Shown: piece after piece, positions 55,175 to 64,000 of the stretch
Layout of the letters: every line of letters starts with the position of its first letter
How positions within the stretch are numbered: the stretch's first letter is position 1
Assembly (NCBI GenBank): GCA_012974295.1
Contig: JAAXQM010000016.1
Coordinates: 121-64,120, forward strand
DNA from: Dehalococcoidales bacterium
GTDB taxonomy: Bacteria > Chloroflexota > Dehalococcoidia > E44-bin15
DNA length: 64,000 nucleotides
Direction of reading: 5' to 3'
The notes under the pieces: generated by a model
Databases searched by the model: none
The model's input: the letters and a program-made list of their open reading frames with translations, nothing else
Told to the model about the DNA's origin: nothing
Position numbers and translations under genes: made by a program

Positions 55175-56737
55175 ATGCGCGTTCTTCTCATGAGCACTCC
55201 TTATCCCCTTGAAGAAAACCCTATCCCCCCCCTCTCTCTAAGCTACCTGGCCGCAGTACTACAAAGTGAAGGTATTGAGGTACAGATCCTAGACCTTCTG
55301 GTGTCCCAGCACTCAGCCCGCAAAATCAGGGATAAGCTTATGGAATATCAACCCCAAATGGTCGGCGCTACCTGCGTAACCCTGAATTCTACTAGTGCTA
55401 CCAGAAACCTGAAGATATGCAAGGATTTTGATCCCGGCATTGTTACCATGTTAGGTGGCCCGCATGCCAGCTTCGCCATCAAGGAAACTCTCCTTCGATC
55501 CCGCTGGATCGATGTGGTAATCATCGGGGAGGGAGAGCGGACAATAGTTGAGCTGGCAAGGACGCTAGAGAAAGGCAAAGACATCCAGCAGGTAAAGGGG
55601 ATTGCCTTCCGTGAAGATAACAGGGTGGAAAAAACTGAGCCCCGCCCCCTTATCGAGGATCTGAACGAGCTTCCCATCCCGGCACGCCACCTCTTGCCCC
55701 TCTCTAAATACCGTGCTATCGATGCGCCCTGCACGATAATCACCAGCAGGGGCTGTCCCTATAAGTGCATCTTCTGTTCGGGCCCCCGGCTCTTCGGGCG
55801 GCGCGTTCGTTTCCGCGACCCTATACTGGTGGTAGATGAGATAGAGCAGATCCATAAAGTGTTCGGTTTCAACAAGTTAAATATCGTCGATGACACTTTC
55901 ACCCTCAACCACCGCCATGCACACACGGTGTGCGATGAAATCATGAGGCGCAACTTGAAGTTCGAGTGGAATGTCTTCGCCCGTGCCGACACAGTAACGA
56001 CCGATATATTAAAGAAAATGAAACAGGCCGGCTGTTCCTGGCTACTCTATGGCGCTGAGTCAGCCTCTCCCGAGATTTTAAAGACCATTAAGAAGGGAAC
56101 AACACCGGAGGATATCAGAAGAGGTACAAAGTTATCCACCGAGGCCGGGATCGGGGTCTTTAACTCCTTCATCTTCGGTCTGCCTGGCGAAAGCCCCGAG
56201 ACCGCACGCCTGTCGCTGGATTTTGCAGCGGAGCTTAACCGGGACTACGATGCCAAATATGGTTTCCACCTGCTCTCCCCTCTGCCCGGAACGGAGCTCT
56301 ATGAGAGACCTAAAGACTATGGCCTGCGTATCCTTTCCCGAAACTGGGCAAAGTATGACGCCAACGAACCGATTACCGAGACTCCTACCATGAGCCCGCA
56401 AATGGTCATGGAGCATATGGCCGATTACGACCGAATAATTACCTATGTCTGGCAGGAGATAGAGCGCAAGGCTGCCGAGGGCGACCCGACCTGTGCGGAA
56501 CAGATGAGGCAAAAAGCGAGCAAGGAGTTCATCTGGAGGGTCCTAAAGGGTGATGTCATTGAACGGCTGGGGCGGATGAAGGATGGAGCCGATCCAGAGG
56601 GACTTCTTGCGCAGAAAGTATCGCGCAAAATGGGCGTCCCGTTAGATTTTGCTGAGCAGGAGATGGGGAAATTGGTCCAGATGGGGCTTCTTAAGCGCGA
56701 GTCGGTAAATGGAAAATCATCGTGGCTGTGGAGTTAG
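55175..56737 (+). CDS. Cobalamin(B12)-binding domain radical SAM protein (class B rSAM), with a C-terminal ~90 aa extension
   Basis: 520 aa with an N-terminal B12-binding Rossmann domain (VLLMSTPYP...GIEVQILD) and the CxxxCxxC cluster CPYKCIFC. Confidence 0.85.
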   Translation: MRVLLMSTPYPLEENPIPPLSLSYLAAVLQSEGIEVQILDLLVSQHSARKIRDKLMEYQPQMVGATCVTLNSTSATRNLKICKDFDPGIVTMLGGPHASFAIKETLLRSRWIDVVIIGEGERTIVELARTLEKGKDIQQVKGIAFREDNRVEKTEPRPLIEDLNELPIPARHLLPLSKYRAIDAPCTIITSRGCPYKCIFCSGPRLFGRRVRFRDPILVVDEIEQIHKVFGFNKLNIVDDTFTLNHRHAHTVCDEIMRRNLKFEWNVFARADTVTTDILKKMKQAGCSWLLYGAESASPEILKTIKKGTTPEDIRRGTKLSTEAGIGVFNSFIFGLPGESPETARLSLDFAAELNRDYDAKYGFHLLSPLPGTELYERPKDYGLRILSRNWAKYDANEPITETPTMSPQMVMEHMADYDRIITYVWQEIERKAAEGDPTCAEQMRQKASKEFIWRVLKGDVIERLGRMKDGADPEGLLAQKVSRKMGVPLDFAEQEMGKLVQMGLLKRESVNGKSSWLWS

Positions 56738-56837
56738 AAGACAGCGAAGCACTGCCATGCTACTCGCCCGGTAGCTCGTTGAGGCCCTCTTTAATAGAAC
56801 CCGGGTACCAGCATAACCATCCAATAAGAAAGTCCAG

Positions 56838-56866
56838 TTGCCTTTATGCTAGAATTGTAGTATAAT
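56838..56866 (+). promoter_or_regulatory. Putative promoter (TTGCCT, 17-nt spacer, TATAAT) upstream of the DUF948/YtxH pair
   Basis: Near-consensus -10 TATAAT with correct spacing, 20 bp upstream of an AGGAGG RBS. Confidence 0.4.
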
Positions 56867-56886
56867 TACTGTTCAGGAGGCGAGGT

Positions 56887-57168
56887 ATGACTCTGGCAGA
56901 ATTGGCCGATCTATTTTTTATCATCTTTGCCGTAGTTTACATCGGTGCCGCGATATTCTTCGTTGTCATATCTTTCCTTATTTTCCGCAGGATTCGAGAC
57001 ATCCTTGATTCAAGTCAGACCATAGCCGCAAACATTCGTATCATCACCTCCGCCATAACTGAGGACCTCATTAAGCCTCTGGCCAGCATTGCCAGCGTCG
57101 TGCAGGGGATATCTAAGGTCCTGGATTTCATCTCTGATAGGAGAAAAGATAGGAGGAAAGGTGGCTGA
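56887..57168 (+). CDS. DUF948 family membrane-anchored protein (YtxG-like)
   Basis: 93 aa with one N-terminal TM helix followed by an amphipathic coiled region, the typical DUF948 layout. Confidence 0.55.
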   Translation: MTLAELADLFFIIFAVVYIGAAIFFVVISFLIFRRIRDILDSSQTIAANIRIITSAITEDLIKPLASIASVVQGISKVLDFISDRRKDRRKGG

Positions 57169-57442
57169 AGAAAATAATGGGCACGGCTTTCTCACCGGAC
57201 TGATCATCGGAGGAGTCATCGGTACGGCACTCACTTTCTGGCTGATAGAGCGGACGGGCCAGCGGGGGCGGCGAGGTATAGGAGGCGGTAGCAGGGCAGG
57301 TGATCTTGCCACCTCTATTAAGGATGAGGTTTCTACCAGAGTAAAGGACTTTTTGAAGCATACTCTTGAAGAGGGAAGTGATGCCGCTCGTAAGACCCGC
57401 TCAAACCTTGAGGAAAGGTTGAAGCGGGAGAGCGAAGAATAG
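57161..57442 (+). CDS. YtxH-like small membrane-anchored protein (GTG start, overlapping the DUF948 gene)
   Basis: Gly-rich TM helix GLIIGGVIGTALTF and a charged C-terminal tail. Preceded by an AGGAGG RBS. Confidence 0.5.
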   Translation: MAEENNGHGFLTGLIIGGVIGTALTFWLIERTGQRGRRGIGGGSRAGDLATSIKDEVSTRVKDFLKHTLEEGSDAARKTRSNLEERLKRESEE

Positions 57443-57469
57443 TTAACGGTTTAGGGACATTGTTATAGA

Positions 57470-57497
57470 AAAGGGAAGCGACGCTTCCCTTTTTTTC
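57470..57497. terminator. Rho-independent terminator, bidirectional between ytxH-like (+) and pheA (-)
   Basis: GGGAAGCG-ACG-CTTCCC hairpin followed by TTTTTTT, with an A-run on the opposite side. Confidence 0.6.
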
Positions 57498-57498
57498 A

Positions 57499-58326
57499 TT
57501 ATGCCGTATATCTTGGGTAGGAGCCAAAGACTTTGAAGAGAGATGTCACCTCGCGTACCTGCTTAAGCACCTCGCTGACCAGAGAATCATCGTGATGCCC
57601 CTCAATGTCAATGAGAAAGATATACCTCCCCAAGCTCTCCTTGGAGGGACGGGATTCTATCTTTGCCAGGTTGATGTTTCGCTCTGCGAACTTCTGTAGC
57701 ACCTCGCAGAGCACTCCCGGACGATCATCAGCAAAGGAAAAACACAGGGATGTCTTATCGGAGCCTGTTGGGGGGTGATCTGTCAAGGCGAGAACAACAA
57801 ACCGGGTGACATTAGAGGCCTTATCCTGAATGCCTCTAGCCAGGATCTCTGCGCTATAAATCTCGGCCGCTCTCCTCGTGCCGATCGCAGCAGCAGGATG
57901 GGTCGAGACCATCATTTCTTCCACGGCGGCAGCGTTGGAGAGGGCAGCCACCACATTCACTTTAGGAAAACAGCGTTCTATGACATTGCGGCATTGCCCC
58001 AGTGCCTGGGGATGGGAGTAGAGTACCTTCACCCCTCCCGCCTCGGTCCCCGGTTTGACCAGGAGGTAATGCTCAATGGGTAGTACCAGTTCCTTCCTAA
58101 TAAACACCCCAGACTCATGTATCAATAGATCCAGGGTATCGGTTACCGAACCTTCAAGGCTATTTTCAATGGCTACAACGCCCTCTTCAGCCATCCCCGA
58201 GACAACAGCAACCGCCACTGCTGGGATGCTGGGAAAGGGGATTAGTTGGGCTGTTTTATCATGTAGAAGCGCCGCATCCTCGGTGAAAGTTCCCTGGGGC
58301 CCGAGATATGCAATCCTCTTTGCCAT
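57499..58326 (-). CDS. pheA: Prephenate dehydratase with C-terminal ACT domain
   Basis: 275 aa with a PDT domain (YLGPQGTFTE) and an ACT domain. Confidence 0.9.
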   Translation of the reverse strand: MAKRIAYLGPQGTFTEDAALLHDKTAQLIPFPSIPAVAVAVVSGMAEEGVVAIENSLEGSVTDTLDLLIHESGVFIRKELVLPIEHYLLVKPGTEAGGVKVLYSHPQALGQCRNVIERCFPKVNVVAALSNAAAVEEMMVSTHPAAAIGTRRAAEIYSAEILARGIQDKASNVTRFVVLALTDHPPTGSDKTSLCFSFADDRPGVLCEVLQKFAERNINLAKIESRPSKESLGRYIFLIDIEGHHDDSLVSEVLKQVREVTSLFKVFGSYPRYTA

Positions 58327-58328
58327 AC

Positions 58329-58988
58329 CTACTCAGTGAGCGCTGCCCGCAGCGCCGCTTCCGCCTCTGGACTCGTTACGGCAACTAATTGAGAATCTGC
58401 CTCCAAACGGGTATCGTCCGTTGGTACCCGTGCTCCCCATTTCCCTATTATGAGGCATACTACGCTGTTGGGAGGGAGAACGATATCTTTCATAGGTTTG
58501 CCGACCTTTGAGGAAGTTGGGGGAATCTTCACCTCAACGATCTCCAAAGCTCCTCCCTTGAGGGTTAGCAGATGCATTAGGGGATGAGTAGGTACCTCCT
58601 TCTCTATATGCTCCAGTATAAGATTTGTGCTGCTTACTGTGACATCGACTCCCAGCTTCTTAAATAGCTCTTCATTTTTTGGGTTATTGATTCGCGCGAT
58701 GGTACGTGGTACCTTGAACTTATGTCTTGCCACCTGACAAGAAACAAGATTATCTTCATCCTCATTGGTTGCCGCAATGAACATGTCCGCCCGTTCCGTC
58801 CCCACCTCCGTCAGGGTTCGCGCCTCGCAGCCATCACCACGCACTACGACGCTCCCCAGTTGATCGCAGATAGCCCCACACTTCGCCGGGTCCTTCTCCA
58901 AGACCAACACCTCATGCCCCTCACTTAACAGAGCCTGGGAGAGGTAATAACCCACCTTCCCTCCACCGACAATGATAATATACATCAA
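58329..58988 (-). CDS. TrkA family K+ transport NAD-binding protein (TrkA-N + TrkA-C / RCK)
   Basis: 219 aa, MMYIIIVGGGKVGYYL (the GxGxxG motif), with a C-terminal TrkA-C domain. Confidence 0.85.
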   Translation of the reverse strand: MMYIIIVGGGKVGYYLSQALLSEGHEVLVLEKDPAKCGAICDQLGSVVVRGDGCEARTLTEVGTERADMFIAATNEDEDNLVSCQVARHKFKVPRTIARINNPKNEELFKKLGVDVTVSSTNLILEHIEKEVPTHPLMHLLTLKGGALEIVEVKIPPTSSKVGKPMKDIVLPPNSVVCLIIGKWGARVPTDDTRLEADSQLVAVTSPEAEAALRAALTE

Positions 58989-58995
58989 GGCCCCC

Positions 58996-59394
58996 TTAGC
59001 CCACTACTTTATCTCGCAGGAGTTTTGCCCCTACCATAGTAGGGCTTATGGTTTCCAGACCCAGGGTTTGATACATCTCCTCACGGAGGGGATCATATAT
59101 ACGACAAATCACCCTGGGTACATTATACATATGCTTCGCTATCTGAGCGGCCATCACGTTGCGATTGTCCCCCTGGGTTACAGCGATGAATGCATCAGCC
59201 TCCTCGATTCCCGCTTTCTTCAGGTAATCCTCATCGGTACCATCGCCCACTAATGGTTTGCCTTTGAAGGATGCGGGAAGACGGCGAAAGCTATATGTAT
59301 CGCTGTCCACCACGGTAACCTCATGTCCATCTTCATCCAACATCCCCGCTAATTGAGCACCTACTCTACCGCACCCCATGATCACTATCTTCAT
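58996..59394 (-). CDS. TrkA-N (RCK N-lobe only) NAD-binding protein
   Basis: 132 aa, MKIVIMGCGRVGAQLA. Confidence 0.8.
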   Translation of the reverse strand: MKIVIMGCGRVGAQLAGMLDEDGHEVTVVDSDTYSFRRLPASFKGKPLVGDGTDEDYLKKAGIEEADAFIAVTQGDNRNVMAAQIAKHMYNVPRVICRIYDPLREEMYQTLGLETISPTMVGAKLLRDKVVG

Positions 59395-59825
59395 TGTTCA
59401 GCCTCCTCCATTGGCCCCCTCCAAAGCAATACCGGACACGGGGCGTTCCGCAGTACATAGGGTGCAACATCCCCCATGGCGAACTCACCGAAGCGCTTCT
59501 TATATTCTACACCCATGATGATCATATCCACGCCACGCTCCACTGCCTCATCCACTATGGCAGGTCCGGTCTCCCGCGCTTGGAGGATCTCCGTCTCTAC
59601 CTTACAATCCATCACATCGGCGATCTTCTCCGCATTAGTAAGCACGCTTTCCCCACTTTGGGTCTCCTCTTCGACTTCCGCGTCCAAAGGAAGTGCACGG
59701 CTTACCTCAATCACGTGGACTACGTAGACCTTTCCCTTACTTTTCCGGGAAAGGACACAGGCGGTCCTGACAATATCGTCATCCGCTTTCTTCCCGGTTA
59801 CCGGCACCAGAAATTTTTTGTACAT
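59391..59825 (-). CDS. Universal stress protein (UspA family)
   Basis: 144 aa with a Usp alpha/beta fold and the ATP-binding motif G-x2-G-x9-GS-like (IMGVEYKKRFGEFAMGDVA). Confidence 0.8.
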   Translation of the reverse strand: MYKKFLVPVTGKKADDDIVRTACVLSRKSKGKVYVVHVIEVSRALPLDAEVEEETQSGESVLTNAEKIADVMDCKVETEILQARETGPAIVDEAVERGVDMIIMGVEYKKRFGEFAMGDVAPYVLRNAPCPVLLWRGPMEEAEQ

Positions 59826-59909
59826 TACGCCCTCACTCCTGTAACGCGTACTCCGAAATGCCTATTATAAACGGTGCCTTGAAATCATGCAATAGCGTCT
59901 CGATGATTG

Positions 59910-60539
59910 TCAACCTACCTCCTCCCGCTTCTTAATCTGAACATCGATAAGCCTATCGGTAGTCTCCTTAAGAAGCTCCAGTTCCTCTAATGACAGGTCA
60001 TCCAACCTCTCCAGGTTATATTCTACTGTTGAGACGATCTGTTTCAATGTTCCCTCTTTGCGGCGGGCGAAGTAGACGGTTACACTGGCTACGATCGTGC
60101 CCCAGAAGAGCATGACTCCGAACATGGCCCATATCCCCCCAATTAACTCCCCTGCTGTGGTTATCGGTTTAAAGGGTGTACCCATAGTCTCGACAGCGGC
60201 CATAGTCCACCACAGCGCCTGCCCATAAGAGGATACATCGGGATTGGCAGTATGCTCGGCAAAGTAAAAAGCAGCACTAAATAGCAACCACAGGACGGTA
60301 AGAATCGAAAGCATAGGGACAAAAGGAGTCTGCGTAATTATGATCCGAAGGAATTTCATGCCCGCCGGGACATTGGGTGCAATTCTCAGCCTTCTCCTGG
60401 GTTGCCTCTTTCTGCGTAGCACTTCATGCCCGGGTCGCGTCTTGGATACCTTCTCGAAAGGCTTTTCATCTCCCATTAATAAGTACCCCCATGTATTATC
60501 ATCGGGCGGAATTGTACTCTGGTCTTTGCCCCTTGTCAA
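59910..60539 (-). CDS. 2-TM pore-loop cation channel with a non-canonical selectivity filter (ALWWTMAAVETMGTP). Start uncertain (internal Met MKFLRII likely).
   Basis: Layout is TM1, a pore helix with ALWW, a filter-like TMGTP segment, then TM2 (GELIGGIWAMFG), resembling KcsA/MthK/CNG pore topology without TVGYG. Confidence 0.55.
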   Translation of the reverse strand: MTRGKDQSTIPPDDNTWGYLLMGDEKPFEKVSKTRPGHEVLRRKRQPRRRLRIAPNVPAGMKFLRIIITQTPFVPMLSILTVLWLLFSAAFYFAEHTANPDVSSYGQALWWTMAAVETMGTPFKPITTAGELIGGIWAMFGVMLFWGTIVASVTVYFARRKEGTLKQIVSTVEYNLERLDDLSLEELELLKETTDRLIDVQIKKREEVG

Positions 60540-60604
60540 TGGGCCAGCGAATAATACCTTGCTAAATATAAAAGGCGAGAGTAGAATATTTATGCGAAAG
60601 ACTG

Positions 60605-61498
60605 TTGGAGGGCGGCATGGACAAAGGGACTTGGACGATAAAAGCGGGTCTCGCTCAGATGCTCAAAGGCGGCGTAATTATGGATGTCGTCACCCCTGAG
60701 CATGCCAAGATTGCGGAGGAAGCGGGAGCCTGTGCTGTAATGGCCTTGGAGCGTGTACCTGCGGATATTCGAGCAGCCGGAGGGGTCGCCCGCATGGCAG
60801 ACCCCACTGTGATCTTGGCTATCATGGAGGCAGTTTCCATCCCGGTGATGGCTAAATGCCGTATCGGTCACTTTGTGGAGGCTCAAGCTCTTGAGGCCCT
60901 TGGTGTAGACTATATCGATGAATCTGAGGTGCTAACCCCGGCCGATGAAAACCATCATATTTGGAAGCACGATTTCAAGGTTCCCTTCGTCTGTGGCTGC
61001 CGTGACCTCGGTGAGGCGCTGAGGCGGGTAGCTGAGGGGGCAGCGATGATCAGGACCAAGGGAGAGGCAGGTACGGGTAATATTGTGGAAGCGGTGAGGC
61101 ACATGAGGGCGGTTATGGACGAGATCCGCAAACTGAGCAGCATGACCACCGACGAGCTCGTCGCCGAGGCTAAAGCCCTGGGTGCCCCACTGGAGCAGGT
61201 AATTAAGGTGCAAAAAACGGGAAGGTTGCCGGTAGTAAACTTCGCCGCCGGCGGTATCGCTTCCCCTGCGGACGCAGCATTAATGATGCAACTGGGAGCG
61301 GAGGGCGTATTCGTGGGATCAGGTATCTTCAAGTCAAGTGACCCGGAAGCGATGGGCAGGGCTATTGTTAAAGCCACCACCCATTATCGCGACCCGGCAA
61401 TAATCGCAGATGTCTCCAAAGGCCTCGGCGTAGCAATGCCAGGTCTTGATATAAGCACTATACCGGAGAAGAATCTACTGTCCACCAGGGGCTGGTAA
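60605..61498 (+). CDS. pdxS: Pyridoxal 5'-phosphate synthase, synthase subunit
   Basis: 297 aa with the highly conserved PdxS core (GGVIMDV...AEEAGA...MAKCRIGH). Confidence 0.95.
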   Translation: MEGGMDKGTWTIKAGLAQMLKGGVIMDVVTPEHAKIAEEAGACAVMALERVPADIRAAGGVARMADPTVILAIMEAVSIPVMAKCRIGHFVEAQALEALGVDYIDESEVLTPADENHHIWKHDFKVPFVCGCRDLGEALRRVAEGAAMIRTKGEAGTGNIVEAVRHMRAVMDEIRKLSSMTTDELVAEAKALGAPLEQVIKVQKTGRLPVVNFAAGGIASPADAALMMQLGAEGVFVGSGIFKSSDPEAMGRAIVKATTHYRDPAIIADVSKGLGVAMPGLDISTIPEKNLLSTRGW

Positions 61499-61561
61499 CG
61501 GGTAAGAAGGCGCTGATATAGAGCATCAGGATATTACCAAGTATGCCTTTAATTAAGGAGA

Positions 61562-61680
61562 GCTTGCTGAAAAAGAGGTGCAGGATACTTCCTGCCGGGG
61601 GTCTGGGGGTATCCCCCAGCTTAAAAAGGTCCCCCAAGATTGGGGGATTAGGGGGTTGATTGAGACTATTTCAGCAGTCT
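61562..61680. repeat. Copy d (inverted orientation) of the structured intergenic repeat element, lying between pdxS and pdxT
   Basis: The reverse complement reads AGACTGCTGAAATAGTCTCAATCAACCCCCTAATCCCCCAATCTTGGGGGACC...AAGCTGGGGGATACCCCCAGACC...CCTCTTTTTCAGCAAGC. Confidence 0.7.
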
Positions 61681-61692
61681 CAAGGAGATAGC

Positions 61693-62283
61693 GTGAAGAA
61701 AATTGGTGTGCTCGCACTTCAGGGTGCCTTTATGGAGCACATTACCCTTTTACTCAGTCTCGGTGTAGAGGCTTCCCCTATTCGCCTGCCCCGTGAGCTT
61801 GAAGGCCTTGACGGGCTCATTATCCCCGGTGGGGAGAGCACCACAATAAGCAGGTTGATGAGGGAATATGCTTTATCGGCACCCCTTCGCGATCTTTGTA
61901 ACGATGGCTTCCCCATAATGGGCACCTGCGCTGGCATGATCCTCTTAGCAAGGAAGGTAGCACATATTAATGGTATTCAGCCTCTGGAAGCAATGGATAT
62001 CGAGGTAAGACGAAACGCTTTCGGACGGCAGGTGGATAGTTTTGAGACCGAACTCAAGATACCTGTTATTGGTGAACCATCATTCCACAGCGTGTTCATT
62101 CGGGCACCCTATATCGAGCGGGCCGGTGAAGGCGTGGAAGTACTGGCACGGCTTTATGATGGTACAGGCGTAGCTGCAAGACAGGGGAATATGCTCGCTC
62201 TGGCATTCCATCCTGAACTGACTGATGATCCCAGGCTACACTCGTACTTCCTCAGTATCGTCAACGGTGATGCAAAGCGATGA
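61693..62283 (+). CDS. pdxT: Pyridoxal 5'-phosphate synthase, glutaminase subunit. GTG start after an AAGGAG RBS. The annotated ATG at 61660 lies inside the repeat.
   Basis: Class I glutamine amidotransferase, VKKIGVLALQGAF...GTCAGMILL (catalytic Cys). Confidence 0.9.
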   Translation: MKKIGVLALQGAFMEHITLLLSLGVEASPIRLPRELEGLDGLIIPGGESTTISRLMREYALSAPLRDLCNDGFPIMGTCAGMILLARKVAHINGIQPLEAMDIEVRRNAFGRQVDSFETELKIPVIGEPSFHSVFIRAPYIERAGEGVEVLARLYDGTGVAARQGNMLALAFHPELTDDPRLHSYFLSIVNGDAKR

Positions 62284-63203
62284 TTCGATCTTTTTATCCC
62301 ACCGACCTGCTATCCTTCCTCTCCTTTTCACGGCAGGCGTCTCCCAACCAGGCTACAGGCCATGATAGCGTGGGTACGATAAACCTCTTCTCGCCGGAGG
62401 TCTTTATGGAGCAGTGGCTCCCCCTGCGTGGAAAGCGGCATACCTGGGTCTCAACAGAGGGCGATCGCTTCAGCGGCATTGCTTCGGTGAAGTCCTGCGC
62501 CACACCCACCACCTGGCAGGTCGACTATCTCCAGGCTGATGACGAAGATCGGTGCGTTGCACTCCTTGAAATGATCAACTCCGCAGCAGCGACGCACGGT
62601 ATAAGGAAGCTCCAACTGCGCCTACCCATTTCCAGCCCTTTTATCGATGGAGCCAGGCGTGCCGGCTTCTGGAGCTATGTCAGAGGTTACCTATACCGCT
62701 ATTATGGCGACCGGGTACAGCAAACAACTACCCCACCGGAACCCTATTGCTTCCGCCCTAGATCTCGCGGCGATGATTATGGACTCTTTAATCTGTATAA
62801 TGACATCGTTCCTCCAGCAGTGCGCAGAGCTGAGGGACTTACCCTGGAAGAATGGCAGGGAAACAGGGAACAGAGTTCCTGGCCGGAGCAACGCAAGGAA
62901 TTCATCCTTTACACGAAGGATAATCTGGCAGGCTGGTTGCGAATCAACGCTTCAAGAGGGCCCGGTTGCTTTAAGATCATTTCACGTGAATTGGAGGATG
63001 ATAAGCTAACTTGGCTTATTAACTATGCTCTTGTTTGCCTCAATAACAAGTCCTTGATATTCTGTATTGTTTTAGATTTCCAGTGGCAACTGAAGAGGCT
63101 TATAGTAGATTCAGGATTTGAGTCAGTGGAGGAATACGATAACTTAAATAGGGAAATCGCTATCCGGACCACGGAACCGCAACTAGTACCTATGCAAGTA
63201 TGA
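62280..63203 (+). CDS. Hypothetical protein with a possible GNAT-like fold, translationally coupled to pdxT
   Basis: 307 aa. The segment IRKLQLRLPISSPFIDGARRAGF resembles the acetyl-CoA-binding beta-alpha region of GNATs. Weak. Confidence 0.35.
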   Translation: MIRSFYPTDLLSFLSFSRQASPNQATGHDSVGTINLFSPEVFMEQWLPLRGKRHTWVSTEGDRFSGIASVKSCATPTTWQVDYLQADDEDRCVALLEMINSAAATHGIRKLQLRLPISSPFIDGARRAGFWSYVRGYLYRYYGDRVQQTTTPPEPYCFRPRSRGDDYGLFNLYNDIVPPAVRRAEGLTLEEWQGNREQSSWPEQRKEFILYTKDNLAGWLRINASRGPGCFKIISRELEDDKLTWLINYALVCLNNKSLIFCIVLDFQWQLKRLIVDSGFESVEEYDNLNREIAIRTTEPQLVPMQV

Positions 63204-63211
63204 GATAAGTG

Positions 63212-64000
63212 ATGTTTAAAAGAATCACGGACGATCTCGACGCCATGCTGGAGCGTTTGCCTACCCATATCGCACAACCGCTCCGAGAGCGTGATGATCT
63301 CAGCGAGCTTCTAGAGGTGGTCATGGATCTGGGGCGCCTCCCCGAGGCTCGATATCCTGACCGTGAAATAGTGCTTAGTAACAAGGAGGTTTCAGAGGAG
63401 GATATCGAATATATTGTATCCCGTATCGCTACCTTTGGCGGGGACAACAGGGCGGGCATCGCACGCACCCTTCACCGCATCTCCGCGATCAGAAATCGTG
63501 AAGGGCGCATCGTGGGGCTTACCTGCCGCATCGGTAGAGCGGTATACGGCACCATCGGGCTCATTTCCGACCTGGTAGAGTCGGGAAAGAGCATCCTGCT
63601 ACTGGGAAGGCCCGGAGTGGGCAAGACCACCATGCTCCGCGAGGTGGCGCGCGTACTTGCAGACGACTTGAAAAAGCGCGTTGTGGTAGTCGACACCTCC
63701 AACGAGATCGCCGGCGACGGCGACATCCCCCATCCCTCTATCGGGCGCGCCCGGCGAATGCAGGTAACCTCCCCCAACCTTCAGCACGCCGTGATGATCG
63801 AGGCGGTGGAGAACCACATGCCCCAGGTCATAGTTATCGATGAGATTAGCACCGAGCTCGAGGCTCACGCAGCGCGCACCATCGCCGAGAGAGGTGTGCA
63901 GCTAATTGCCACTGCTCACGGAAATACTCTGGACAACCTCATTCTAAACCCGACACTGTCCGATCTCACAGGCGGCATCCAGACTGTAACTCTTGGGGAC
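63212..64000 (+). CDS. R3H-domain AAA+ ATPase (Ycf45 / SpoIIIAA-like family). The 3' end is cut by the window edge.
   Basis: Walker [10 protein letters not shown], Walker B VIVIDEI, the [18 protein letters not shown] motif, and an N-terminal R3H-like region. Confidence 0.7.
   Translation, partial: MFKRITDDLDAMLERLPTHIAQPLRERDDLSELLEVVMDLGRLPEARYPDREIVLSNKEVSEEDIEYIVSRIATFGGDNRAGIARTLHRISAIRNREGRIVGLTCRIGRAVYGTIGLISDLVESGKSILLLGRPGVGKTTMLREVARVLADDLKKRVVVVDTSNEIAGDGDIPHPSIGRARRMQVTSPNLQHAVMIEAVENHMPQVIVIDEISTELEAHAARTIAERGVQLIATAHGNTLDNLILNPTLSDLTGGIQTVTLGD

Noticed and set aside
56826-56840. GAAAGTCC-like string reminiscent of the RNase P RNA conserved region
   Set aside because: It is an isolated 8-mer without the surrounding P4/P10 conserved helices, and it lies inside a promoter-like region for the DUF948 gene.

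Overview
This 64 kb window is a gene-dense, mostly housekeeping stretch of a bacterial chromosome. Gene content (split two-subunit transketolase, class Ibeta DAHP synthase with a separate AroH mutase, weak SD usage) is compatible with a Chloroflexota/Dehalococcoidia-like organism, but that is inference only. About 70 protein genes are supported, plus a tRNA-Lys(UUU) cut by the window edge at position 1. No rRNA, CRISPR array or classical IS/transposase was found.

The observations that stand out are:
- A roughly 115-125 bp structured intergenic repeat family in four copies, with terminal inverted repeats (CTGCTGAAATAG ... TTTTTCAGCGGTCT) and two G/C hairpins. One copy lies inside the normally contiguous pdxS-pdxT pair.
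- Two single-base (-1) frame breaks, one in comEC and one in an amidohydrolase.
- A visibly AT-rich island encoding two lipoproteins, one an internalin-type leucine-rich-repeat protein built from a 66 bp DNA tandem repeat.
- A cobalamin-binding radical SAM gene flanked by a His-rich membrane protein ending in HHHH and a DUF948/YtxH pair.
- An orphan 2-hydroxyacyl-CoA-dehydratase-like gene wedged between eno and gap.
- An ion channel with a non-K+ type selectivity filter, clustered with two separate TrkA-N/RCK proteins and a universal stress protein.
- Tandem family III CoA-transferases followed by a CPBP protease.
- A putative lipid-linked glycan module (GT2 DPM-synthase-like, small membrane protein, PAP2).

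No single canonical novel system (defence system, BGC, phage) is obvious. The candidates above are the places where something undescribed could be hiding.
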